IMG/VR virus record: IMGVR_UViG_3300045974_000167
Span: 19,560 to 83,559 of that record
Reading direction: 5' to 3' (one strand)
DNA from: a virus
Length of the DNA stretch: 64,000 bases
Below are positions 38,674-48,519 of this stretch, piece by piece. The notes under the pieces were generated by a model. That model worked only from the letters and a program-made list of their open reading frames with translations, did no database searches and was not told the DNA's origin. The translations under genes and the position numbers were made by a program. Position 1 is the stretch's first letter, and each line of letters begins with the position of its first letter.

Positions 38674-38961
38674 ATGGGATTCGTTCTTGGTGGGACAAAC
38701 GTAGTCCAGGCTATTACTGCCAGCAGCGCCGTCGTTACCGGCGTCAAGTCTGGGCAGCCGTACCTTGTTACCTCTACTACAGATTGCTACCTTGCAATCG
38801 GTGGGGCGGCGGCGCTTAATGCCGGTATCTTCATCCCTGCTAAGTACCCGCAGGTGCTACGCTTCGGCTCAGACCTTGGTGCAGCTAACGTCGATCTCCG
38901 TGTAATCGGAACTACTGGGTACATTCATCTGAACCCTGGTAAAGAGATCGGCAACGACTAG
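38674..38961 (+). CDS. Hypothetical (beta-rich, possibly virion) protein
   Basis: AAGGAG RBS; small Gly/Ala/Val-rich ORF. Confidence 0.6.
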   Translation: MGFVLGGTNVVQAITASSAVVTGVKSGQPYLVTSTTDCYLAIGGAAALNAGIFIPAKYPQVLRFGSDLGAANVDLRVIGTTGYIHLNPGKEIGND

Positions 38962-39079
38962 CTGCAACTGATTGCAGGACGGACGCCCCAAAATGTAGGG
39001 GTGTCCGTCTTTCGTTTTGCAGAACGTTGTGCGATGCTCACCATCTCACGACGCCCGCACACCCATGGAGGGATTATTA

Positions 39080-39881
39080 GTGATTGACCTTATTCGCGGT
39101 ACCATGCTGGCGGCGATTGCCAACCGCCGTACAGGTACTTTCTCCTGGCCCGACGACTATTGCTGCTCAGAGAAGTGGTACTACTGGGTCCATGTTACCT
39201 GGGTAGACGACTGGAATCGTGAAGGTCGTGTAACTGAATGCATCGAGTTCCTGCTCAAGTGGCTTGATAGCGATGCCAACATCCAGCGGGCGCTCGATAA
39301 GGCCATCGAGTGGAAGGCCAAGTGGGGTACTGATACATGACCGAACCCAAGACTGACGAACTCGTTGGACCCTTCAAGATCAAGAAGACTGAACACGAAC
39401 GGGGGGAACCGGCCTGGGAGCGTATGGCTAACAACGTCGCCCGAAACTTCGTCGGGGGCATGGATGAATGCAAGACCTGCGGGCGTCCTCGCGTGCAGCG
39501 GTACTGCTGCACTTTCTGCGGGGGCGAGTGATGAGCATCAAGGACATGGAAGTCCCCTTCGGGTTCAACCAGGGGCATCGCACCGATACATTCGTTGCCA
39601 TTAGAGAACTGGGATTCAATTCCATGGGGGCGTTCGTAGTCAACGGCTACAGTACCCCGCCGCCTGAGCCCAGAGGAACGTTCTTCACCTCTATCCCGAT
39701 TAGCAAGAAGGAATACCGCGAGAAGCATCCTACCCAGGCGGGATTTCACCTTACTAGGCTAAGAATCATCTTCTACGATGATTGGGGTGAGAGGTACAGC
39801 ATCTACGCCGCCCCGGCAATCTTGAAGCAGCTTGCATACGAGTGCGTTATTAACGGTATTCCGGAGACAGCGGGGGGCTAA
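39080..39881 (+). other. Three small hypothetical CDSs (39080-39340, 39337-39531, 39531-39881)
   Basis: Coupled ORFs after a promoter (-10 at 39033) and CCATGGAGGGA RBS. Confidence 0.6.
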
Positions 39882-40279
39882 TGAACCTAGGATTCACCGG
39901 TACCCGTGAAGGGATGAGCCAACGGCAGAAACTTGCCCTTGGGGAACTCCTTGACGGTAGATACAGTATGAACATCGGTGACTTCCATCACGGGGACTGT
40001 CAAGGCGCGGATACCCAGGCGCACTTGATTGCAAAATCCCGGGGATGGAACATCATCATCCACCCGCCCGACCAGACCTACGCCAGAGCATACAACACAG
40101 GGTTCTCCTCCATTCGTATGCCCATGCCGTTCCTGGCTAGAAACCACAACATTGTCGATGAATGTAGTGCATTAATCGCGGCCCCGCGAACCGAGAAGGA
40201 AGAGTTAAGAAGTGGTACATGGGCCACCATCCGCTATGCTTGGAAACAGGGCAAGACCGTCGTAATCCTCAACCCGTAG
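39881..40279 (+). CDS. SLOG/DprA(YspA)-like nucleotide-binding protein
   Basis: GFTGTR, HHGDCQGAD, LARNHNIVD, SGTWATIRYA...GK.V. Confidence 0.75.
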   Translation: MNLGFTGTREGMSQRQKLALGELLDGRYSMNIGDFHHGDCQGADTQAHLIAKSRGWNIIIHPPDQTYARAYNTGFSSIRMPMPFLARNHNIVDECSALIAAPRTEKEELRSGTWATIRYAWKQGKTVVILNP

Positions 40280-40295
40280 TCAATGGAGTGACCAG

Positions 40296-42070
40296 ATGGG
40301 CAATGACTTCCCGAACGACCTCGTTGGTTCTTGGGCTACCTACCTTACCGCTTCCAAGGGCGAAGTCCCGTGCAAGATTCGCGGCGCACACGCTACGAAG
40401 GGTGATACCTACTTGGTGGTCGAGATTGCTTCCGGCCCCAACAAGGGCGAGCTTGTGACCGTCCCCGCCTTCCGCATCAAGATCGGATTGTCTGACGAGG
40501 CGCGAGCCATCCTCACCAAATAAACTTGTCAAACGTAGCGTGACCTGCTACAACACAATCTGACGTTGCACACAATCCATGGAGGGACGATGTTCTTTTC
40601 GATGCTCGACAGGTACAAGGACCGGATGGGGGACTACAATGCCCCCCCGCCTAACTTCAAGGAAGTCACTGCTGACGAGTTTGCGAAAATACCCCATCTT
40701 AGTGGGGTGCCGGACAAGCTCGAATACCGGCAGATTATCCTCACAGACAACCGTAGCCCTCTGATTGACGGGGTGTTGCATTGGTACAACGACGGTCACG
40801 GGTGGATGATCAATCAAGTGTACTGGAACAAGGAAAAGTCCCAGTTCGAGTACACGCTGCGCTTCTACACCTTCTCTATTTGCGAGCACGACTTCGGCAA
40901 GGACGAAGGTACCGCGATGTTTGAGCACAAGTTCACCTGCAAGAAGTGCGGCTATACGTACGGATACGACTCAAGCGGATAACCAACACAAAGGGGTGCG
41001 TCTTGAACAAAGAGAGCCGAGCCCTGTGGTTTCTCGTCGGTGCGATAGCAATCATTCTTCTAGAGGTCGGCGGCGCGGCTGTAGCCATGGGGACGTATGA
41101 CCCTCCTCCTGCTACCGCAGACTACGGAAGAAACATCGGACGAGAGGTAGTGGTCTACATCGATGAGCATGTCCCCGGCAACAAGCCGGTAGTTAAATAC
41201 TCCGGTTGCCGCCCTGAGGGGCTCGCATTCCGGCGCAAGCCACCCGAAACCACAAAGGCTAAGAACAAGTAATGTCGGATAACTTACCGTTCGGAAGTGA
41301 CGGACCCATCCGTAAGATCATCTCCAAGGAACCCTTCATCGACAAGATGTTCAAGATTGAACGCTTTCGGGTCAAGTTAGAGTGCGGTCATACCGTGTTT
41401 CGGCGGAAGCGGATGTTCCCCAAGGGTACCTTCATCAAGTGTGAGAAGTGCCCAGGCACGAAGGATCTATGAAACCCTGCACCCATTCTGCGATGGAAGC
41501 GCGTGAGGCATACGCAGTTGGCGTGTGCCCAAACTGTCTTGAGGCAGATATTGCCTTTCTGCGGGCTGCACTAGCGGACAAGGAAATGGAGATCGACGTT
41601 CTGCGGCGCTACGGAAACAAAGACTGTACTAGACAGGCGGATGAGGAGATAGCTAAGACTCGCGTAGAGAACTTGCGTGCCCGCTTCGGGAGGTAGGGAC
41701 TTATGACCACCAAAGCTAGGCCCCTCGTTACCAAGGTTCGTTGTATGTGGTGTCCTGCTGGGCATGGAGGAAAGAATACTGTTCTGTGTAAGCACTGCGG
41801 GAACACCGGGTTAACCGACCATGTTCCTTCGTGGAATAAGGCAAAAGGTAAAAAATGAAAACGCATATCGAGCTTCCGGAAGTGAACGAGTATTTCTGCC
41901 GTTCTATTCCGTATGGAACCCAAGCCCATATCTCCTACGAGCAGTTCCTAGCTACCGTAAACAAGGGATCCATCAGCGGGCGACTGTCCAGCCGCCCCAG
42001 CAGCAACGTCATAGTACCCTACTGCATCACTTGTCTTAGGCTGGCGAAGGCTCGATGCTACTCTAGCTGA
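40296..42070 (+). other. Run of small hypothetical CDSs (40296-40523, 40590-40982, ~41003-41272, 41272-41472, 41469-41696, 41855-42070)
   Basis: RBS-preceded or coupled ORFs, several with Cys pairs; promoter TTGTCA-17-TACAAC at 40526. Confidence 0.55.
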
Positions 42071-42155
42071 CACGCCCCAAATGATACTTCGCACTCCCAA
42101 GGGAAATGTGCGAATGTCAAATCATTGATGCGGTGAAACCCCATGGAGGGATTTA

Positions 42156-42512
42156 ATGCTGACATACGCTGGGATGTCGTTCATGCCCCACCCACGGGGC
42201 GGGTACATGAAGTACATCTGCGAATCCCCGTCTGGGAATTCCTATACTCTGTCCCTAGACCCCAACTGGAAGGGGGCACGTTGTTCCTGCCCTGGAGCGA
42301 TTCATCATCACGACCGGGTGTGTAAGCACGTTAGAGCATTCAACGAGATGATGGCCTCCAATAACATGAATACCGCTGTAGCTGTGGCGGCAATCATGCA
42401 GCACGAGACTATGGATAATGTTAGCGAGGAGGCCAGCGAGATTAGTGACATTTCCAATACCAATCGCCCCGCCCCTGTGGTAAGTGACTACCTCAAGAAG
42501 TTGGGATTCTAA
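42156..42512 (+). CDS. SWIM zinc-finger protein
   Basis: SGNSYT...CSCP...CKH. Confidence 0.7.
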   Translation: MLTYAGMSFMPHPRGGYMKYICESPSGNSYTLSLDPNWKGARCSCPGAIHHHDRVCKHVRAFNEMMASNNMNTAVAVAAIMQHETMDNVSEEASEISDISNTNRPAPVVSDYLKKLGF

Positions 42513-42517
42513 CTCAC

Positions 42518-42599
42518 GGTGTCCTGGCGGAAATGGTAGACGCGCTAGCCTTAGGAGCTAGTGCCGAAAGGCGTGAGGGTTCGATTCCCTCGGACACTA
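42518..42599 (+). tRNA. tRNA-Leu (anticodon TAG)
   Basis: GGTGTCC/GGACACT acceptor; CTAGC-CTTAGGA-GCTAG anticodon arm; long variable arm; TTCGATT T-loop. Confidence 0.93.
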
Positions 42600-42605
42600 C
42601 TTCAC

Positions 42606-42687
42606 GGGACTGTGGCGAAACTGGTAGACGCATGGGACTTAAAATCCCCCGCCGAAAGGCATCCCGGTTCGATTCCGGGCAGTCCTA
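42606..42687 (+). tRNA. tRNA-Leu (anticodon TAA)
   Basis: GGGACTG/CAGTCCT acceptor; CTTAAAA loop; variable arm; TTCGATT. Confidence 0.92.
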
Positions 42688-42691
42688 TCTT

Positions 42692-42767
42692 GCCTCCATA
42701 GCTCAGTTGGTAGAGCAGCGGGCTTTTAACCCGTTGGTCGTAGGTTCAAATCCTACTGGGGGTACCA
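42692..42767 (+). tRNA. tRNA-Lys (anticodon TTT)
   Basis: GCCTCCA/TGGGGGT acceptor; CTTTTAA loop; TTCAAAT; encoded CCA. Confidence 0.95.
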
Positions 42768-42773
42768 TTTTTC

Positions 42774-42848
42774 AGTCCCTTAGCTCAGAGGTAGAGCGAG
42801 GCCCTTACAAGGCTTAGGTCGTCGGTTCGATCCCGACAGGGGCTACCA
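42774..42848 (+). tRNA. tRNA-Val (anticodon TAC)
   Basis: AGTCCCT/AGGGGCT acceptor; CTTACAA loop; TTCGATC; encoded CCA. Confidence 0.95.
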
Positions 42849-42900
42849 GTTGCAATCGATTGCAGATGTAGGTTAATAGTAGTCAAACCGGTGAGAACAT

Positions 42901-43728
42901 ATGGGGGTCACCTTGATTCGTGTGATAGATAAACCCGTAGTTGTCGATGAACCCGCCGTAGTTGCACAGTCCTCCGTACATTACGACGAGCCCTCCGAGG
43001 ATATCCCAGCACACCCCTGCACGCATAATAACCTCATGCGTGTCAAGATGTTCGCTGGAGAATCTGTAGAGGAAGTAGAGGAAAAGGTCAATGCGTGGCT
43101 TTTTAAGCACTTCATTGTCAGCCCCCTCGCTATCAAGATGTCGGCGCGTCCTGGGATGATTGCTGTCCTGATTCAATACGAGTACGACCACGTTCCCAAG
43201 AAGAAGGGCGAGGATGAGGACTGACGCCCCAAACGGCGGCTTGCACCCCGGAGATACATCCTCTATTGTCGCATCATCGACACGGCGCAAACACCATGGA
43301 GGGAAAATGCCAGAACCGATGAAGCTCTCGATTAACATTGACGCGCAGGTTCGTCAGTTGGGGGAGCGGGAGTTTGAATGCTCTGTCGTGCTCACAGGTG
43401 ACACCGGCAAGCCGCATCCCGTGCTAGTTACGCGGCGCGGCGGTTCTGCTGGACAGGCTCTTTCGATTGCTGTATCTTGGGCGTTCGACTACGTTAAGAC
43501 CATGGAGGGAACATGAACGTTGCTACCTTTGCTGGGTTGTTCACGAATGCGAAGAGGATTGTCTCGCTGATCGGCGTCACCGAGAACAGGATTGATACCG
43601 CCGCCCGACTTCGGAAGATCGCAGGTGACGACCTTCTGATGCTTGACCTGTGCAGGGCGATTGATTCCCTGGACCTGCACCTTCGTACCGCTGGTAATAC
43701 CGACCTTGAAATTACCGTGAAGGAATAA
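42901..43728 (+). other. Three small hypothetical CDSs (42901-43224, 43307-43516, 43513-43728)
   Basis: RBS-preceded ORFs; promoter TTGCAC-17-TATTGT at 43241. Confidence 0.55.
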
Positions 43729-43734
43729 CCTTAA

Positions 43735-44094
43735 GGGGGCGAATTAGATTCGACAGATAACGCCAACATGAGATGCGTGCCGTGGTTGGTCAGCAGGCCA
43801 CGTAAAAAGCCGACCAAACGATCAAAGGCCAACGAGCCGATGGTCAGCCTCCGCGCCGTAGCTTAAGCGCGTAGGTTGCGGGGACTACGTGAGCCCCGCC
43901 GTTCTACCGGAAGATCACCCTTGTACCGGCTAGGGCGTAATTACAGGGTGCGGACCTAGGGATTAGAGGCTCGACTAGGAATGCTGTGCAAGAGAGTCCA
44001 TTGTCTGTAACCTGCCCAGGTCTACAGGGACACGCACGTAGTATCTGATGGAAACGTTGTTTGGACCGGGGTGCAATTCCCCGCGCCTCCACCA
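43735..44094 (+). ncRNA. ssrA: tmRNA; tag (A)ANEPMVSLRAVA*
   Basis: 5' GGGGGCG..GATTCGAC pairs with 3' CGCCTCC-ACCA, including the G3.U70 Ala determinant; T-arm CGGGG-TGCAATT-CCCCG; pk1 CGTGG/CCACG with TTGGTC/GACCAA; tag ORF 43828-43866. Confidence 0.92.
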
Positions 44095-44098
44095 ATAC

Positions 44099-44317
44099 GT
44101 TAGGGGTGGCCCTGCAAAACAGGGCATCGTAAAACCCCCCAGTAGGGTGCGACGCCCTACCTTTACACGGGTCGATGCCTCCTAAGACCCATTCAAATAA
44201 CTCTGGAGGCTTTTAATATGTTCATAGGGACAGGCCACGGCGACTAATCTACAGCCAATCCGCCTCCCAAAATGCAGAGAGTGGGCCGCTCCGCAGCCAC
44301 TTTAATTACTGGGGAGC
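44099..44317 (+). ncRNA. Unassigned structured RNA(s): tRNA-like unit plus two H-type pseudoknots
   Basis: T-arm-like TAGGG-TGCGACG-CCCTA; PK1 GGGTC/GACCC with GCCTCC/GGAGGC; PK2 AGTGG/CCACT with GCTCC/GGAGC. Confidence 0.5.
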
Positions 44318-44336
44318 TACTTTTCATGGAGGAACG

Positions 44337-45087
44337 ATGGCCGCGCCTATATATCTGAACAAAGACGGGTACTTAGTTAATATGTACGACTGTACCCCTT
44401 GCCCCAAGTGTAAGGACACGCACAGATACCCGTTTCCGCATGTAAATCCTGAGTGTTGTTGCGATGATTGCGGGTTCCGAGAACCTTGGATTCGGTCTAA
44501 CGGACGGCCCGACCCGGAGGAAGTGTGAGTGACCCTCACGGCTGTACCGAAGAATCTCCGTGCAGCAACCCCGCGTTGCGTTGGGTTCACTCCGACCGCT
44601 GCCAGATCGGATGCCTGGGTCGCACGGTGAAGGGGCTGAGAGAATTAGCCCGCTCCATCGAGAAGGAACGTAACTCGTTGCTGATAGCTCTACGGGATGC
44701 GTGTATCGGCCACGCTGATGATTGCAAGTGCGCGGGCTGTGCGCTCGCTTTCGCTCCCACCGGGGCACCAGATAAGGAGAAGCCGTGAGCATCAACGGAA
44801 ACTGCGGTATCTGCGGCGATGAGGTCGTCACAAAGGGACATGCCCAAGTGAGCGAATACTGCGAACGACACGGAGTACACAAGTCAACCTGCATGGATTG
44901 CCCAAACGAAGAGATCAAGCGATTGACCGCCGAGCTTGTCCGTTTTCGTGCAGTTCTGACGAATTCCCTGCGGTTCGCAGGGCACATTGGGAATTGCGAT
45001 TGGGCAGCTAGCACTTGCTCTTGCGGCTACCTAACGTGGAGGACAGACCGCTATCTAGTCCTGACCGGAAACGACGGATCCCGCTAG
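44337..45087 (+). other. Three small Cys-rich CDSs (44337-44528, 44525-44788, 44785-45087)
   Basis: GTGA-coupled ORFs with CxxC motifs. Confidence 0.55.
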
Positions 45088-45129
45088 CGCAACTGATTGC
45101 AAACCATAGAAACATGCTGTATTGTCAAA

Positions 45130-45540
45130 TCATTGATTGACGGATTCGCCGCGAGAGCATTTCCGAATGCCTCGTTCGCGGGGCAGGGGCCGCTGACCCC
45201 CTGCCCATTATTTACGCTGGGTCATCCCCGAAGGGTGGCGAATGGGCCGGGATAAACCGGGGCGGTGTTAACACTTCCATTCCTCTGGTAAGGAGGAAAT
45301 GCCAACCGAATCAACGGCAGCGTAGCAATCTGGTATTCGGCGGGCGCAGCGAGCCCTTGTGCTCGTTTGCGGTCCTGCTAGGGGCGAGGTTAAGGGGGCT
45401 AGCACTCCTGTTGCCGACCTGCCGGATACCGTTATCTTGGGCACAACGCCCAAGGCGGCGTAGGGCTGTACGTATCCCTCCCCCGGGGCATCGGGCAAGA
45501 GGCATCCGGCATAGCCGTGAACGGCCCTACGCCGCCCATA
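45130..45540 (+). ncRNA. Unassigned highly structured non-coding RNA cluster with its own promoter
   Basis: Promoter TTGCAA-17-TATTGT (45097-45125) with no RBS after it; several long GC stems up to 16 bp. Confidence 0.6.
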
Positions 45541-45609
45541 GATTGAAACTGATTGCAACCCGCAGAACGATGCGGTAACGTCAAACTATCGACGGTCCAT
45601 GGAGGGATT

Positions 45610-46279
45610 GTGCTATCTGAATACGAAAAGCGGGATTACGTCAAGCTCAACGGAACCCGTTGTCCCTACTGCGGGGACGACGATGTTGGCACCTTCCCCC
45701 AGGAAGCGACAGAGGGTCCACGCAAACCTAGCGACCCCCTGGGGTATTGCGACCCGGACGGTTCGCTTAGAATCCTCGCCATGTGCGGCTGCGGCAAGAG
45801 GTGGTACGACGTTTATCGACTCCACACCCTAGAGGAGACATGATGCCCACAAAAATCATTGGGAAGGCGAAAGTCAGCGGCGGCGCAAAGGCGCTTGCTG
45901 TGGTCGAGTACATGATGGCATTGAACCGACTTACTCGTCTTGCTGACGAGATTGAGCGCGGGATGCACGGTTATCTGCCCGGAGGTGTCCTTGGGGATAT
46001 CGCCAAGGACATCCGCACAGTTCTCGAACATAAGGTGCCCTAATGACCAAGAAACCGGATCTCGTTGAGGTGTGTTCCCGGCTTGAGGGGGAGTTGAAGA
46101 CGGCTCAGATGCTCCACCACCAAGCGGTGTCCGCGCTTATGAAGGTTAGAAATGACCTGCGTAACGCCGAGGAGCGCGTGGAGTTGAAGGAATCCCGCAT
46201 CGTTTCACGAGATAACGAGATAGCCAGATTGCAGAAGGTCATCGTCAACATGGCAAAGACCATGTTCAAAGATGCGTAG
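45610..46279 (+). other. Three small hypothetical CDSs (45610-45843 Zn-ribbon, 45840-46043, 46043-46279 coiled coil)
   Basis: Promoter at 45553 plus RBS; coupled ORFs. Confidence 0.55.
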
Positions 46280-46281
46280 CT

Positions 46282-46536
46282 ATGGGTGAGTGCGTCGGAT
46301 GCGGCTTTTGCTGCAAGAAAGCCATGTGCTCGTTGGGCGTCCACTTGTACGGCATCCATAAAGTATGTCCATCTCTAGTGTTTGAAAACGGGGGGTACTG
46401 GTGTTTGACCGCGAGATCATCAAGCACATTCAGGAAGGAATTGTACGTGGGGGAGGGATGTTGTGCCGGTCTGAACACGGACAGGTTGATAATCATCAGA
46501 GCAAGGAATTCCTCACTCACTTCATCCGCGCTATGA
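46282..46536 (+). CDS. CxxCxxCC (YkgJ-like) Cys-cluster protein
   Basis: ECVGCGFCC...CPSL...YWC...GCC. Confidence 0.55.
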   Translation: MGECVGCGFCCKKAMCSLGVHLYGIHKVCPSLVFENGGYWCLTARSSSTFRKELYVGEGCCAGLNTDRLIIIRARNSSLTSSAL

Positions 46537-46758
46537 TGGGGATGGCATCAGGGGATGCTGTTGCTCTTGCCATCTATAGCGCCGCCGACCGGTGCGGAAT
46601 GACCAAGAATGAAGCGCATGATCTTGTTAACCACGTTCTACGTAGTCGTAGGTCTGAGTTTCCTCCGGGGTTTATGCCGTAGATGAAATCGGTTGCACTC
46701 TGTAGAAACATACCGTATTGTCAAATCATTGCGGCGGTAACAACCCATGGAGGGAACG

Positions 46759-46956
46759 ATGTCTAAAATCCGATGGACGGAAGAGATAAAGAAGTCGGTC
46801 AGGACTCGCATCAAGCGCGGAACTTCCCCCAAGGAACTGAAGCGGAGTTTCTCCGCGATGGTGGATTCCATGTCCTCGCCGGTTTCTGAGGTGGAGTCGC
46901 TCAGGGCGGAACTGCGGCGGCTGCGTGCCCAGCTAAAGTCCAATCCCCGGCCCTAG
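46759..46956 (+). CDS. Small hypothetical protein
   Basis: Promoter at 46693 and CCATGGAGGGA RBS. Confidence 0.55.
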   Translation: MSKIRWTEEIKKSVRTRIKRGTSPKELKRSFSAMVDSMSSPVSEVESLRAELRRLRAQLKSNPRP

Positions 46957-46959
46957 GGG

Positions 46960-47268
46960 TTGCTCATGCTCTCACTCAAAGAGGTGCATGAAGTCAACCT
47001 CGTAGTTCTCAACAACCACTTCGCCCCAGATTTATGTGAGTCGTTGTTCGGCCCGCTGGAATGGGACGAATCCATCATCATGCTGTCCCCGGAGGATAAG
47101 CGTGACGTACTTGACTTGCTTGTGGAGATGGGCGTTTTCCCTTCCAAGGGTCAGGCCCGAAAGAACTGGAAGGGATCGGTCACGATTCCTTCTGGCTTCA
47201 GCGATTTTGCGGGCATCGGGAAGATGAGGCGTAGGTTAACGATATGGAACCCAATGGAGGAAACATGA
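46960..47268 (+). CDS. S4-like (TyrRS C-terminal-like) RNA-binding domain protein
   Basis: VLDLLVEMGVFPSKGQARKN...IGK resembles the TyrRS C-terminal LLv.xGL..SkseARR motif. Confidence 0.55.
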   Translation: MLMLSLKEVHEVNLVVLNNHFAPDLCESLFGPLEWDESIIMLSPEDKRDVLDLLVEMGVFPSKGQARKNWKGSVTIPSGFSDFAGIGKMRRRLTIWNPMEET

Positions 47269-47474
47269 CGACTGTTGTGAAACCGGAGAAGAGGGCAAAG
47301 GTTCGGCTCGTCGGCGTTGATGGTAACGCCTTCATGCTTATCGGCGTCTGCCGTCAGGCTGGAAAGCGCGCCGGATACACCCCTGAGCAGATCACGGCAT
47401 TTCAGGAAGAGGCGATGTCTGGAGATTACGATCACGTTATCCAGACTTGCATGGATTGGTTCGAGGTTTCGTAA
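47265..47474 (+). CDS. Conserved small phage protein
   Basis: VRLVGVDGNAF...AMSGDYDH motif, frequent in phages and plasmids. Confidence 0.65.
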   Translation: MTTVVKPEKRAKVRLVGVDGNAFMLIGVCRQAGKRAGYTPEQITAFQEEAMSGDYDHVIQTCMDWFEVS

Positions 47475-47538
47475 AGCACGAGATCCTGGCGAGCTGGCAG
47501 GAGAGCCCTAGATAGCGTAGTAACTCGAAAGGAATAGT

Positions 47539-47961
47539 ATGCCCGCAGTAGCAAAGATTACTCATCAAGAAGTGCTCCTTGCCCTCAAGAATGTTGGGGC
47601 GTGTGAAGGTCTGCGTAACCAGTTCGTTCGCCGGGTTAAAACGATGGGATTTAAGCGGGCGTATGAATCCCTGATTAAGCGGGTAGGCGGGCGGTACGAG
47701 AAGTACATCAAGTTCGTTAACAGCCCCGACTTTTTCACCAAGCACATGAGCGAGTACACCACAATCGGTAAGCACCAATGGGCGCTGTATGACATCGCAA
47801 CAATCATCGCTAGGATCATTAATCAGGCGGGGATTAAGCGGCCAGATACTTACAACCCCGGCAACGTTAAGAGCATCCTAAAGCACTTCCCGCCCGCCAC
47901 CATGGAGAAGTTGCTGAAGAAGCTCGCTACCGACAAGAACTTGGTTAGGCGGTGGTGGTAG
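47539..47961 (+). CDS. Hypothetical basic protein
   Basis: AAGGA RBS; GACEGL motif. Confidence 0.6.
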   Translation: MPAVAKITHQEVLLALKNVGACEGLRNQFVRRVKTMGFKRAYESLIKRVGGRYEKYIKFVNSPDFFTKHMSEYTTIGKHQWALYDIATIIARIINQAGIKRPDTYNPGNVKSILKHFPPATMEKLLKKLATDKNLVRRWW

Positions 47962-48062
47962 CCTGCAATCGATTGCAAAGATGATTGTGCTTGTCAAACG
48001 TAGAATCATGTGCGACCATGCACCATCAACGACGCACCAACGGTCCATGGAGGGACTAACCG

Positions 48063-48518
48063 ATGGGCAAAGTCATCATCTTGCAGGGCGTTCCCGGCTC
48101 TGGGAAGTCCACCTACCAGCGCCAGTTCTACCCCGACGCGGAAGTGTTCTCCGCCGACCACTACTTCACGGCTGGGGGACAGTACGACTTCAACCCCAAG
48201 ATGCTGCCCCACGCTCACGGGATGTGCCTGCGCGGGTTCATCAACTGGTGCAAGTCGAACTCGATGTTGAGCAAGAACGTCGCCATCGTGGACAACACGA
48301 ACACCACGGTCACAGAGATCGCACCGTACATGGCGGTGGCGGCGGCGTACAACCACGATGCCGAGATATTCGCCATGATGGTTGCCCCCGAGATCGCCGC
48401 CAAGCGGAACATCCACGGTGTCTCGCAGGGCGCGGTCGAGGGCATGGCACAACGCATCGTCGCCTCACACAAGCAACTGCCCCCCTGGTGGAAGCTCACC
48501 GTCTTCACGGAGTCATAA
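48063..48518 (+). CDS. P-loop kinase (AAA_33 / polynucleotide kinase-like)
   Basis: GVPGSGKST, FSADHYF, AH..C, IVDNTNT, RNIHGV. Confidence 0.85.
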   Translation: MGKVIILQGVPGSGKSTYQRQFYPDAEVFSADHYFTAGGQYDFNPKMLPHAHGMCLRGFINWCKSNSMLSKNVAIVDNTNTTVTEIAPYMAVAAAYNHDAEIFAMMVAPEIAAKRNIHGVSQGAVEGMAQRIVASHKQLPPWWKLTVFTES

Positions 48519-48519
48519 C

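Noticed and set aside
42518-42599. tRNA with TAG as an amber suppressor or sign of genetic-code reassignment
   Set aside because: TAG is the anticodon (reads CTA, Leu); many genes end cleanly at TAG and ORFs are intact in the standard code.
42533-42817. 94-aa ORF in the track
   Set aside because: It lies entirely across the tRNA genes.
44107-44127. tRNA-Cys (CTGCAAA loop)
   Set aside because: Flanking bases do not form a 5-bp stem around a 7-nt loop and there is no D-arm.
45130-45540. RNase P or SRP RNA
   Set aside because: No GAGGAAAGTCC/P4 partner and no SRP domain IV CAGG-GNRA-AGCA motif recognised.
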